Source: Candidatus Shapirobacteria bacterium
Lineage (GTDB): Bacteria; Patescibacteriota; Microgenomatia; UBA12405
Length of the DNA: 64,000 nucleotides
Reading direction: 5' to 3'
Assembly: GCA_030698565.1 (NCBI GenBank)
Contig: JAUYJS010000008.1
Span: forward strand, 15,098 to 79,097
The position numbers were made by a program, and so were the translations under genes. Positions 41,101 through 49,160 of the stretch are shown piece by piece. Below the pieces are notes generated by a model. The model did no database searches. It saw nothing but the letters and a program-made list of their open reading frames with translations, and was not told the DNA's origin. Position 1 is the stretch's first letter. Every line of letters begins with the position of its first letter.

Positions 41101-42276
41101 ATGAAAAAAAAAATATTTAATCTACAAGTAGTCTTGGTCCACGATTATTTAAAAGAATTTGGGGGAGCTGAAGCAGTTTTGGAAACCTTGTCAGAAATTT
41201 TTCCAAAAGCTCCCATTTTTACCACTCTTTATTGTCCTAAATTTTTTGGACCACACCAAGATCGTTTAGAAAAAAAATGGCATAGTAGAATTCATCAAAG
41301 TTTTTTTCAATTTATCCCATTTGCTTATAAAATAGTCAGCCCATTACGTCTCTTGTCACCTCTGGCTTTTAAATCTTTTGATTTTTCTTCATACGATTTA
41401 ATTATTACATCAGCTACTGGTGCCTATTTTCCAAATTCTTTGAATAAAAAAGGAGCTCGTCTAATTTGTTATTGTCACACTCCACCGCGTTATCTTTATG
41501 GTTTACCGACAGCCAGAAATTTAACAAACAACAAGTTTATTCGACTTTTTATAAACTTTATAAACCATTTTCTCCGTTTACTCGATTTCCATTTTGCCAA
41601 AAACGTCGATTTATTCATTGCCAATTCAAATACCACTTCTCAAAGAATCAAAAAATTTTATCGCCGCGAATCTACGATTATTAATCCTCCTATTGATATA
41701 TTAAAAAAGGCGAAGGGTGTTTTTTTAGGAGCGGAATCATGTCCCGAAGGGACGCGTGAGCACCTCCAAAAAATACCCGAGCAGTACTACATCACTGGAG
41801 GTAGACTAGCCCGAGCCAAAAGATATGACATTGCCATTCAAGCTTGTAATCAACTTAAAGTTAAATTAAAAATTTTTGGTCGGGACTTTGCTAATTTTGA
41901 ATCCGAATTAAAACAGCTTGCCGGTCCTACTGTCGAATTTTTAGGTGAAATTACTCAATCTCAAAAATCTCAACTCCTAGCCACAGCCGAAGCTTTTATT
42001 TTTTGTTCCGACAATGAAGATTTTGGCATTGTGCCAGTTGAAGCCATGGCTTATGGTTGTCCTGTAGTGGCTTATAAAAGTGGTGGCACGGCCGAAACAG
42101 TCATTGAAGGCCAAACGGGCATATTTTTTACCAAGTTAACCGCCGACTCTTGTGTTCAAGCTATTAAAAAATTATCAACCCTAAAAATTGATCCCAAAAA
42201 ATGTATAGCACGAGCTACCGAATTTAGTACTGATAACTTTATCAAGAAAATTAAAGCCTCGGTTTCTAAAACTTAG
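41101..42276 (+). CDS. GT4 glycosyltransferase
   Basis: VHDYLKEFGGAE, YCHTPPRYLY, EDFGIVPVEAMAYG. Confidence 0.92.
   Translation: MKKKIFNLQVVLVHDYLKEFGGAEAVLETLSEIFPKAPIFTTLYCPKFFGPHQDRLEKKWHSRIHQSFFQFIPFAYKIVSPLRLLSPLAFKSFDFSSYDLIITSATGAYFPNSLNKKGARLICYCHTPPRYLYGLPTARNLTNNKFIRLFINFINHFLRLLDFHFAKNVDLFIANSNTTSQRIKKFYRRESTIINPPIDILKKAKGVFLGAESCPEGTREHLQKIPEQYYITGGRLARAKRYDIAIQACNQLKVKLKIFGRDFANFESELKQLAGPTVEFLGEITQSQKSQLLATAEAFIFCSDNEDFGIVPVEAMAYGCPVVAYKSGGTAETVIEGQTGIFFTKLTADSCVQAIKKLSTLKIDPKKCIARATEFSTDNFIKKIKASVSKT
41709..41782. repeat. GC-rich palindromic element in-frame within the glycosyltransferase
   Basis: GGGTGTTTTTTTAGG...GTCCCgaaGGGAC...CCTCCAAAAAATACCC, encodes AKGVFLGAESCPEGTREHLQKIPE. 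Confidence 0.6.
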
Positions 42277-43220
42277 GAACCATTCTCTAGCCATTTTTGA
42301 ACATCAAGTGCCGCCTTGCAACCATCTCCGGCAGCTGCCACAGCTTGACGATACACACTATCAGCACAATCTCCGGCTGCAAAAATGCCCTCTGTACTGG
42401 TCATTGTTGGAAAATCTGGATTTTTATGTGTCACCACATAACCCGATTCTTCTAATTCAACTAAATTTTGCAAAAAAATGCTTGATGGTTCTCTGCCTAT
42501 TGCCACAAATAAGCCATCAACTTCCACTAACTTTTCTTCACCGGTTAAATTATTTTTTACTTTAATCTTTTCTAGTTTTTCCTGCCCAATTATTTCAGTC
42601 ACCTCACTATTCCACCAGATCTCAATTTTATTATTCCCCAAAATTCTTTTTTGTTCAATCTGTACAGCTCTAAACTTATCTCGGCGGTGAATCATGTAGA
42701 TTTTACTGGCAAATTTTGCCAAAAAACTTCCATCTTCGCATGCCGTATTTCCGCCACCTACCACGGCGACAACCTTGTCTTTAAAAAATATTCCATCGCA
42801 GGTTGCGCAACCACTAACTCCATGACCAATTAATTCTTTTTCACCCTTAATTCCCAGCCACTTAGACTGGGCTCCAGTGGCTATTATTATTGATTTTGAT
42901 TTAATAATTTCTCCATTTTCAAGATAAATATCAAATATATCGGCAGTTTTTTTAATTTCTTTTACTACTCCTTGTTTTATTTCACCACCCAAATTTTTTA
43001 CCTGGGACTGCATGTCCATCATTAATTTAACTCCACCAATACCGGTTGAAAATCCTGGGTAATTATCAACATAAGTTGTCAATGTTAGCTGTCCACCTGG
43101 TTGATTTCCAGCAATAATCAATGTTTTTAAATCAGCTCGAATATTATAAATAGCCGCTGTTAATCCAGCCGGCCCCGAACCTACAATTAGAGTGTCATAA
43201 ACGACTTGAGTGTCTATCAT
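42273..43220 (-). CDS. trxB: Thioredoxin reductase
   Basis: GSGPAG, GGQL, CATCDG, GGGNTA, HRRD, FAAGDC. Confidence 0.96.
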   Translation of the reverse strand: MIDTQVVYDTLIVGSGPAGLTAAIYNIRADLKTLIIAGNQPGGQLTLTTYVDNYPGFSTGIGGVKLMMDMQSQVKNLGGEIKQGVVKEIKKTADIFDIYLENGEIIKSKSIIIATGAQSKWLGIKGEKELIGHGVSGCATCDGIFFKDKVVAVVGGGNTACEDGSFLAKFASKIYMIHRRDKFRAVQIEQKRILGNNKIEIWWNSEVTEIIGQEKLEKIKVKNNLTGEEKLVEVDGLFVAIGREPSSIFLQNLVELEESGYVVTHKNPDFPTMTSTEGIFAAGDCADSVYRQAVAAAGDGCKAALDVQKWLENGS

Positions 43221-43278
43221 ATGGTCCATTTTATCATCTAATACTTGATACTAAGCACAGAATCCTCAATACTAAATA

Positions 43279-44202
43279 ATGAACCGAGAAATTAGAGGAA
43301 CTATTATTTTTGTTCTTAAATTAATTAAGACTAAGGGTAGTTTTTTATTTTGGTTTTTTGTTCGTTTATTTTCGGCCACACTTCCTCTAATTTCAATTTA
43401 TCTATTTTCTCGTACTATTAGTCTATTGGAAAAAGGCACTGATTTAAAGCAAATAGTTTCCTTGATATTAATTATTTTTTTGGTTTTTCTCTTAGAAAAT
43501 TTTACCCGGAACTTATCATTGTCGAAACTGGAAGTAATAAACAACAATATCCAATTTGATATTCATAATTATTTAATTCCTGGACTCGAATTAAAAAATA
43601 AGCTTTCTCGTCATCAAGGTATTCAAACTATTAGAAATTTTTCCGAAGCCTTGAGGATGACATTGGAACTATTACGTCAACCTGGAGCCGACAGCCTTAT
43701 TTCTCTTATTGCTACTCCAATTATTCTTTACTTTTTAGATCTCAGGGTTTTTGTGATTGAAGTCGCTTATATATCCATTTATTTTTTAGTCGATATTTAT
43801 ACAACTCAACATTATATATTTTTGAAAAATTTAAGTCATGCCAAAACCGAAGCTTATTATGCCCGGCTTCAAGATTCTAACGACATTGATTTGGAAGAAA
43901 CCCAATACAACCGATTGATAGTTAAATTAAGTCGTTGGGCTTTTACCGAAGGATTTTTTCTCCAAACCACCATGACTATTTTTTATTCCCTAATCCTTTT
44001 TTATTTAGTTTTATCAGTATCCATGGGTTTTAAAACCGTTTCAGACTTGGTTTTGATTATGGGTTACGTAGTTTCTACTCAAACTTTTCTTAATTCATTA
44101 AGTACTATCAAAGACAAGCTAACCGACACCAAGGTCGCTCTTTATCGTTTAGCTAAAAGTGAATCGGTCGACTGTATAAATATCGACGATTTGATAACAT
44201 AG
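43279..44202 (+). CDS. Membrane protein resembling an ABC-exporter transmembrane domain (no NBD)
   Basis: About 6 TM helices with ABC-TMD-like spacing; no Walker motifs. Confidence 0.55.
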   Translation: MNREIRGTIIFVLKLIKTKGSFLFWFFVRLFSATLPLISIYLFSRTISLLEKGTDLKQIVSLILIIFLVFLLENFTRNLSLSKLEVINNNIQFDIHNYLIPGLELKNKLSRHQGIQTIRNFSEALRMTLELLRQPGADSLISLIATPIILYFLDLRVFVIEVAYISIYFLVDIYTTQHYIFLKNLSHAKTEAYYARLQDSNDIDLEETQYNRLIVKLSRWAFTEGFFLQTTMTIFYSLILFYLVLSVSMGFKTVSDLVLIMGYVVSTQTFLNSLSTIKDKLTDTKVALYRLAKSESVDCINIDDLIT

Positions 44203-44206
44203 GTTC

Positions 44207-45073
44207 ATGCCAGAATTACCTGAGGTTGAAGTTATTCGCCAATTTTTAGACAAGAATTTAATCAACAAAACCATTGCTGATTTAACAATACTAAACCCTA
44301 AATCTTTTGTGGGTAACACTGACCAGGTCATAGGCCAAAAAATAGTTTCATTTTCTCGTTTAGGTAAACAATTATCATTTAATCTATCAAACGACTTAAT
44401 TCTCCTGTTTCATCTCAAAATGACTGGACAATTAGTAATTATCAAAAAGACAAAAACCGTTTTAGGTCACCCTACACCAAAAACCAATGAACTATCTTTA
44501 CCTCACAAAGCCACTCGGTTAATTTTAACCTTTTCCGAAGATACTAATCTCTACTTTAATGATCAACGTAAATTTGGTTGGGTAAAATTACTTAAACCAG
44601 AGGAACTAAAAGATTTTCAAAAAACTCTCGGTTTAGATATTTTTGATTCTAATTTCACCTCCAAATATTTTTATTCTCAACTCCAAAAAAGTGGTCGCGG
44701 TATAAAATTAGTCCTTTTGGATCAAAACAAATTCGCTGGCATTGGCAATATTTATGCCAATGACGCTTTGTTTTTAAGCCAGATTCATCCTCAAACCCCT
44801 GCCAATTGTGTGACTAAAACTCAAGCAAAAAATCTTCATTCCTACCTAATTTCTTTGATGACTGAATCAATCAAACACGGAGGCTCTACTGCCAAAGACA
44901 ATAAATACATTCACCCCGACGGCTCTTTTGGTCAGCACCAGTACTATTTTAGGGTTTACCAAAAAGAAGGCGAACCTTGTTCTGTTTGCACTACTCCTAT
45001 AAAACGCCTTAAAATAAGTGGTCGTTCAGCTTTCTTTTGTCCATCTTGTCAAATCAAAAGTAATTGCTTGTAA
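44207..45073 (+). CDS. mutM: Formamidopyrimidine-DNA glycosylase
   Basis: MPELPEVE, HLKMTGQL, FNDQRKFG, GIGNIYA, C-terminal C4 zinc finger. Confidence 0.97.
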   Translation: MPELPEVEVIRQFLDKNLINKTIADLTILNPKSFVGNTDQVIGQKIVSFSRLGKQLSFNLSNDLILLFHLKMTGQLVIIKKTKTVLGHPTPKTNELSLPHKATRLILTFSEDTNLYFNDQRKFGWVKLLKPEELKDFQKTLGLDIFDSNFTSKYFYSQLQKSGRGIKLVLLDQNKFAGIGNIYANDALFLSQIHPQTPANCVTKTQAKNLHSYLISLMTESIKHGGSTAKDNKYIHPDGSFGQHQYYFRVYQKEGEPCSVCTTPIKRLKISGRSAFFCPSCQIKSNCL

Positions 45074-45122
45074 TAAAAAAATAAATTTTGCGTATTAATA
45101 TTAAGTTAATAATTTTTTTAAA

Positions 45123-45689
45123 ATGAAAAACACAACTAAAACATTTTTTTTAATAACCGCCTTATATTTATTTTTAACCACCCCAACTTTTGCTGTTGAG
45201 TCTACTCTTACCCCTGCTAAAACTGTTAAGTTAGAGCGTGAGGACAAACAAGGATTAAAAGAAGAAAAACAAGAGTTTAAAAACACGATTAAGAAAACTC
45301 AACAAGAAGACAAAACTCAAAAGAAACAAGTTTTAAGTCAACTCAAAAAAACTAGATTAGAAAACAGCTTTAATCGAATTAAAAAAGAGTTAAATACCAG
45401 ACTAAATTATCTTACGTCCATGAAAACCAAAATCGAAGCCAGACTTAATCAAAAGAAAGCCGCCGGTAAAGATGTCAGCGCGGCGGAAACCAAATTAAAA
45501 GAATTTGACACTACAGCTTATACCGCTGATATGGCTGCTCTTAACACTCAAATTAGTCAAATTATGACAGTAGATAAACCAGTCAGTTTAATGCCCCAAC
45601 TTCGAGCGGCAGTTAATAAAGTTAGGACCGACTTAAACAACTTACACAAAGTTTTAGTCGATAGTTTAAGACTTATTGTCAGAAACTAA
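45123..45689 (+). CDS. Secreted coiled-coil protein
   Basis: Signal peptide ending TFA; Lys/Glu-rich helical body. Confidence 0.75.
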   Translation: MKNTTKTFFLITALYLFLTTPTFAVESTLTPAKTVKLEREDKQGLKEEKQEFKNTIKKTQQEDKTQKKQVLSQLKKTRLENSFNRIKKELNTRLNYLTSMKTKIEARLNQKKAAGKDVSAAETKLKEFDTTAYTADMAALNTQISQIMTVDKPVSLMPQLRAAVNKVRTDLNNLHKVLVDSLRLIVRN

Positions 45690-45764
45690 GATTATAAAAT
45701 GCAAATCAAAAAAAACCCCATCTCTTTTTATTAGGACGGTTTTTTTTGTTATAGTTTTATAAAT

Positions 45765-46019
45765 ATGAAAAAAAATATTGTTTATATTCTAACCATTTTA
45801 GCCGTTTCTTTTAGTCTTTCAGCTTGTACCACATCAGAATTAAAAATTAAATTATTGGAAAAAGTAGGTCAAAAGGTGGAAAAAGTAGAAAATAAAATTA
45901 ACCAAAAAACTGATGATGAAAAAACCGAAATTAATGACCAAACCCTTCAAGAGTTAAACACCTCTCCTGGTTCAACTATCGACCAGGACCTTGATCAAAT
46001 CGAAATCGATCTTAAATAA
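45765..46019 (+). CDS. Small lipoprotein
   Basis: Lipobox LSAC after a hydrophobic stretch. Confidence 0.75.
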   Translation: MKKNIVYILTILAVSFSLSACTTSELKIKLLEKVGQKVEKVENKINQKTDDEKTEINDQTLQELNTSPGSTIDQDLDQIEIDLK

Positions 46020-46407
46020 GACCAAAAGATCTTATTAAAGATAATAATAGACTACAGACACTGACGGCAAATAAGACGCTTAACCAGATTCTAAAACGAG
46101 TTAATTTGTAGTTGTTTTCCAGTTGAGCAAAAATAAAACCGGCCAGTATTATAACCGATATAGTTATTAGCAGGGTAAAGTATGGGAAATCATTTATAAT
46201 TACCTCTCGGCCAATTTCCCCAAATTCAATTAACTCTTTAGGATTGATTACTCCGATTAAATACCAGACTAGTCTAACTAAAACAGAACTAATTATTATC
46301 AACAAAATCCAGCCACCCTTAATTCCTATTTTTTGAATCCGAAACCACCATTTGGGCTTCATTTTAATTTCTTTCTTTTTAATTTGGCTCATTATTTTTT
46401 CTTTCAT
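46012..46407 (-). CDS. Membrane protein, putative anti-sigma factor
   Basis: Three TMs, IKMKPKWWF motif; start overlaps the ECF sigma stop codon. Confidence 0.65.
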   Translation of the reverse strand: MKEKIMSQIKKKEIKMKPKWWFRIQKIGIKGGWILLIIISSVLVRLVWYLIGVINPKELIEFGEIGREVIINDFPYFTLLITISVIILAGFIFAQLENNYKLTRFRIWLSVLFAVSVCSLLLSLIRSFGLI

Positions 46408-46946
46408 TTTAGTTTAATTAATTTGTGTTTTAATAATTTTTTAGCTCTAAACAACAATACTCCAACTTGACTATGAGGAATATGTAAAATATCGGAAATT
46501 TCCTCGTAATTTCTATTATCATAATAAAAAAGAAGAATACTTTCTTTATATTTTAAATCTAACTCATTTATGTATTTTTTTATTAATAGGTTCCGTTCAG
46601 TCTCTATTTCTAAATCTTCCGCTAATTTTTGATTGTTATCAAAGTAATCTTCTTTAAAATCCAAAGATTCACTTTTTAGTCTCTTTTTGCTTTTAAAATA
46701 ATCGATGGCGTTGTTGTGGGCTATCCGGTAAATCCAACTGGAAAATTTTTTTTGGGTATCAAATGACTGGATATTTACATAAACACTTACAAAAACCTCT
46801 TGAAGTAAATCTTCCACATCTTCTCCAGATTGATTAATCAAGTTCTTTAAATAAAAAAACAGTTTCTTTTCGTATCTGTCGATCACTAATCCAAACTTTT
46901 CTTGTTTACCTTTTTGGATTAAATTAATTAATTCCTCATCAGTCAT
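46404..46946 (-). CDS. ECF RNA polymerase sigma factor
   Basis: DEELI, EDLLQEVF, FSSWIYRIAHN, YEEISDIL..LLFRAKK. Confidence 0.92.
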   Translation of the reverse strand: MTDEELINLIQKGKQEKFGLVIDRYEKKLFFYLKNLINQSGEDVEDLLQEVFVSVYVNIQSFDTQKKFSSWIYRIAHNNAIDYFKSKKRLKSESLDFKEDYFDNNQKLAEDLEIETERNLLIKKYINELDLKYKESILLFYYDNRNYEEISDILHIPHSQVGVLLFRAKKLLKHKLIKLK

Positions 46947-46968
46947 AAGTCTATTATACAAGCCCATG

Positions 46969-46981
46969 CTACACTTGTAGT
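46969..46981. promoter_or_regulatory. BlaI/CopY operator overlapping the -10 box
   Basis: CTACActTGTAGT = TACAnnTGTA directly before the repressor ATG. Confidence 0.75.
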
Positions 46982-47350
46982 ATGAATTGCCAAGTTAAAT
47001 GTCGTCAAAAATGCCAATTATTAGGCTCTTTAGAACAAAAAATAATTGAAGTTTTGTGGAATGCGAAAAACCCGCTTAAGCCAGCCGAAGTCCTAATGAA
47101 AATTGAAGGTGAATATTCATATACCACCATCATGACTGTATTAAAAAGGATGTCTTTAAAAGGAATTTTAAAAAGAGAGTTGAATGGTAAGGTCTATTTT
47201 TACAGTCCTTTAAAAATCAAAGAAACTTTTGTTGCCGATTGTTTAAATGACTTATTCGCCCGCCTTTTTGATTGTTATGGGCAAGCTGTAGTTGATTCTT
47301 TTTATTCTTCTGCTAAAGAAGCTAATATTAAAACCTCACTTGCTTCTTGA
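46982..47350 (+). CDS. BlaI/MecI/CopY family repressor with an N-terminal Cys cluster
   Basis: LGSLEQKIIEVLW, YTTIMTVLKRM..KGIL.R, YFYSP. Confidence 0.92.
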   Translation: MNCQVKCRQKCQLLGSLEQKIIEVLWNAKNPLKPAEVLMKIEGEYSYTTIMTVLKRMSLKGILKRELNGKVYFYSPLKIKETFVADCLNDLFARLFDCYGQAVVDSFYSSAKEANIKTSLAS

Positions 47351-47382
47351 CATTTTTTTTAACTCTACTACACTTTGTAGTA
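47347..47382 (+). promoter_or_regulatory. sigma70 promoter plus palindromic operator of the copper operon
   Basis: TTGACA...TACACT; TACTACActtTGTAGTA palindrome abutting the ATG at 47382. Confidence 0.7.
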
Positions 47383-48893
47383 TGTCAACAAAAAATAAAG
47401 TTCAAACATTCTTTGTCCAAGGTCTTCACTGTGCCTCTTGTCAATTAATAATCGAAAAAAGATTAATTAAAGAAGATGGTATTGAGATGGTTGATGTTTC
47501 CCTAAACAAAGGATCTCTAACGATTGAACACAATCCTGATCTCAAAATAACACCCGATGTTTTAAATAGAATCTTTAATGAAGACGGTTACAAATTTGCT
47601 CGTGAACATTTCAAAAAGACCCAACAAATAGCTAAAAATAGTCATTGTGCTATTCCAGACGAAGCTCCATCTAATCCTTTAAATTCATATTTAATTGCAG
47701 GTATCTTTATTTTGGGTTATCTATTTTTATCCAAGAGTGGTTTTTCTTCTCTAATTTCAGTTAATTCCCAATCATCTTTACCAGTATTTTTTCTTTTTGG
47801 ATTATTAGCCGGCCTTTCTAGTTGTGCTGCCTTAGTCGGTGGAATAATTTTATCTTTAAGTAAACAATGGTTATCAGTATATAGCTCCGACGAATCAACC
47901 CTGAGAAAATCCGAGCCCCATATTCTTTTTAATCTAGGTCGAGTTTTAGGTTATGTCGTTTTAGGGGGAGTTTTAGGTTACATCGGTAATTTCTTTAGAC
48001 TATCGCCAATTACCACCGCATCGATAGTTATCTTAGTTTCTTTATTTATGGCCGCTTTAGGTTTACAAATGGTTGGAGTAAAAGCTTTGCGTAATTTTCA
48101 AATTCGATTACCCACATCTATAACCCGAAAATTAGCTGATGAAACTAATTTCCAAGGGCGTTTGGGACCATTTTTAATGGGGGCCTTAACTTTCTTTTTA
48201 CCCTGTGGTTTTACTGCTACCGCTCAGGCTTTAGCTCTTTCTTCAGGTAATCCTACTCAAGGAGCTTTGATTATGGGTTTATTTGCACTAGGTACGGTTC
48301 CTGGCCTTTTAGCTATTGGTTTAAGTAGTGTCAAATTTTATAGTGATCCCAAAATTTCTCGTCAGTTTTCTTTAATTGCCGGAATTTTAGTTCTGTTCTT
48401 TTCCATTTTCAATATCAATTCTCAGATGTCGGTTTTAGGTGTTTCTAGTCTAAGTGATTTAATTCCGAGTAACATAGCAACAAAAACCCAAACTGTGGGG
48501 GAGTTGCCGCCAATGGTGAACGGAAAACAAGTTATTAAAATTAAAGCGTCTTCCACTGGTTACATTCCAAATCGTATTACGATGAGAGCCAATACTCCAA
48601 CACGCTGGGAAGTTACCGATACTGGTACTAGTGGTTGTACCAACGCTATTATTTCCCGAAGTTTATTTGAAGGTCAAATTGACTTAACCCCCGGTACTAT
48701 ATCTTTTAAGGAATTTACATCACCTAAGCCAGGGAAATACAAGTTCTCTTGTTGGATGGGGATGATATCTGGAACAGTAGAAGTAGTGGATGAAACTGGC
48801 TCAACTGGAGCTACTGCAAATGCCGTACCAGTTGAATCTGGAGCCAAAGGTTGTGGTTGTGGTGGAGGCGGTAGCGCCTGTGGCGGCCGCTAA
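47382..48893 (+). CDS. HMA + DsbD_2/TauE-like + cupredoxin fusion protein
   Basis: GLHCASC; LSSCAALVGG, FFLPCGF; C-terminal FSCWMGM and a Cys/Gly tail; start at MSTKNK. Confidence 0.88.
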   Translation: MSTKNKVQTFFVQGLHCASCQLIIEKRLIKEDGIEMVDVSLNKGSLTIEHNPDLKITPDVLNRIFNEDGYKFAREHFKKTQQIAKNSHCAIPDEAPSNPLNSYLIAGIFILGYLFLSKSGFSSLISVNSQSSLPVFFLFGLLAGLSSCAALVGGIILSLSKQWLSVYSSDESTLRKSEPHILFNLGRVLGYVVLGGVLGYIGNFFRLSPITTASIVILVSLFMAALGLQMVGVKALRNFQIRLPTSITRKLADETNFQGRLGPFLMGALTFFLPCGFTATAQALALSSGNPTQGALIMGLFALGTVPGLLAIGLSSVKFYSDPKISRQFSLIAGILVLFFSIFNINSQMSVLGVSSLSDLIPSNIATKTQTVGELPPMVNGKQVIKIKASSTGYIPNRITMRANTPTRWEVTDTGTSGCTNAIISRSLFEGQIDLTPGTISFKEFTSPKPGKYKFSCWMGMISGTVEVVDETGSTGATANAVPVESGAKGCGCGGGGSACGGR

Positions 48894-48943
48894 ATTTATT
48901 GAATTTATTAATTCTTAATTATTAATTTTTAATTAAACTAATT

Positions 48944-49156
48944 ATGCAAACAGTAACTTTTAGTATTCCCGACATGCACTGTCCTTCTTGTCCTAAATTA
49001 ATCAAATTGACTTTACTAGACATCGATGGGGTTAATGAAGTTGAAGCTTCGTTAGACACAAAAAAAGTAGTTGTTAATTTTGATTCTCAAAAAACTTCAG
49101 TTGTTTCACTTATTAATTCAATCAAAGAAACTGGATATACCGCCAGTCTTAAATAA
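48944..49156 (+). CDS. copZ: Copper chaperone (HMA domain)
   Basis: DMHCPSC motif; 70 aa; upstream of the P1B ATPase. Confidence 0.88.
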   Translation: MQTVTFSIPDMHCPSCPKLIKLTLLDIDGVNEVEASLDTKKVVVNFDSQKTSVVSLINSIKETGYTASLK

Positions 49157-49160
49157 ATCT

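Noticed and set aside
45709-45748. Bidirectional terminator between the coiled-coil gene and the lipoprotein
   Set aside because: A and T tracts flank only a weak, mismatched stem
47292-47381. N-terminal extension of the 533 aa ORF
   Set aside because: Overlaps the repressor gene and the promoter/operator; ATG at 47382 fits better
49071-49160. N-terminal extension of copA
   Set aside because: Overlaps copZ; ATG at 49161 follows the copZ stop by 4 nt
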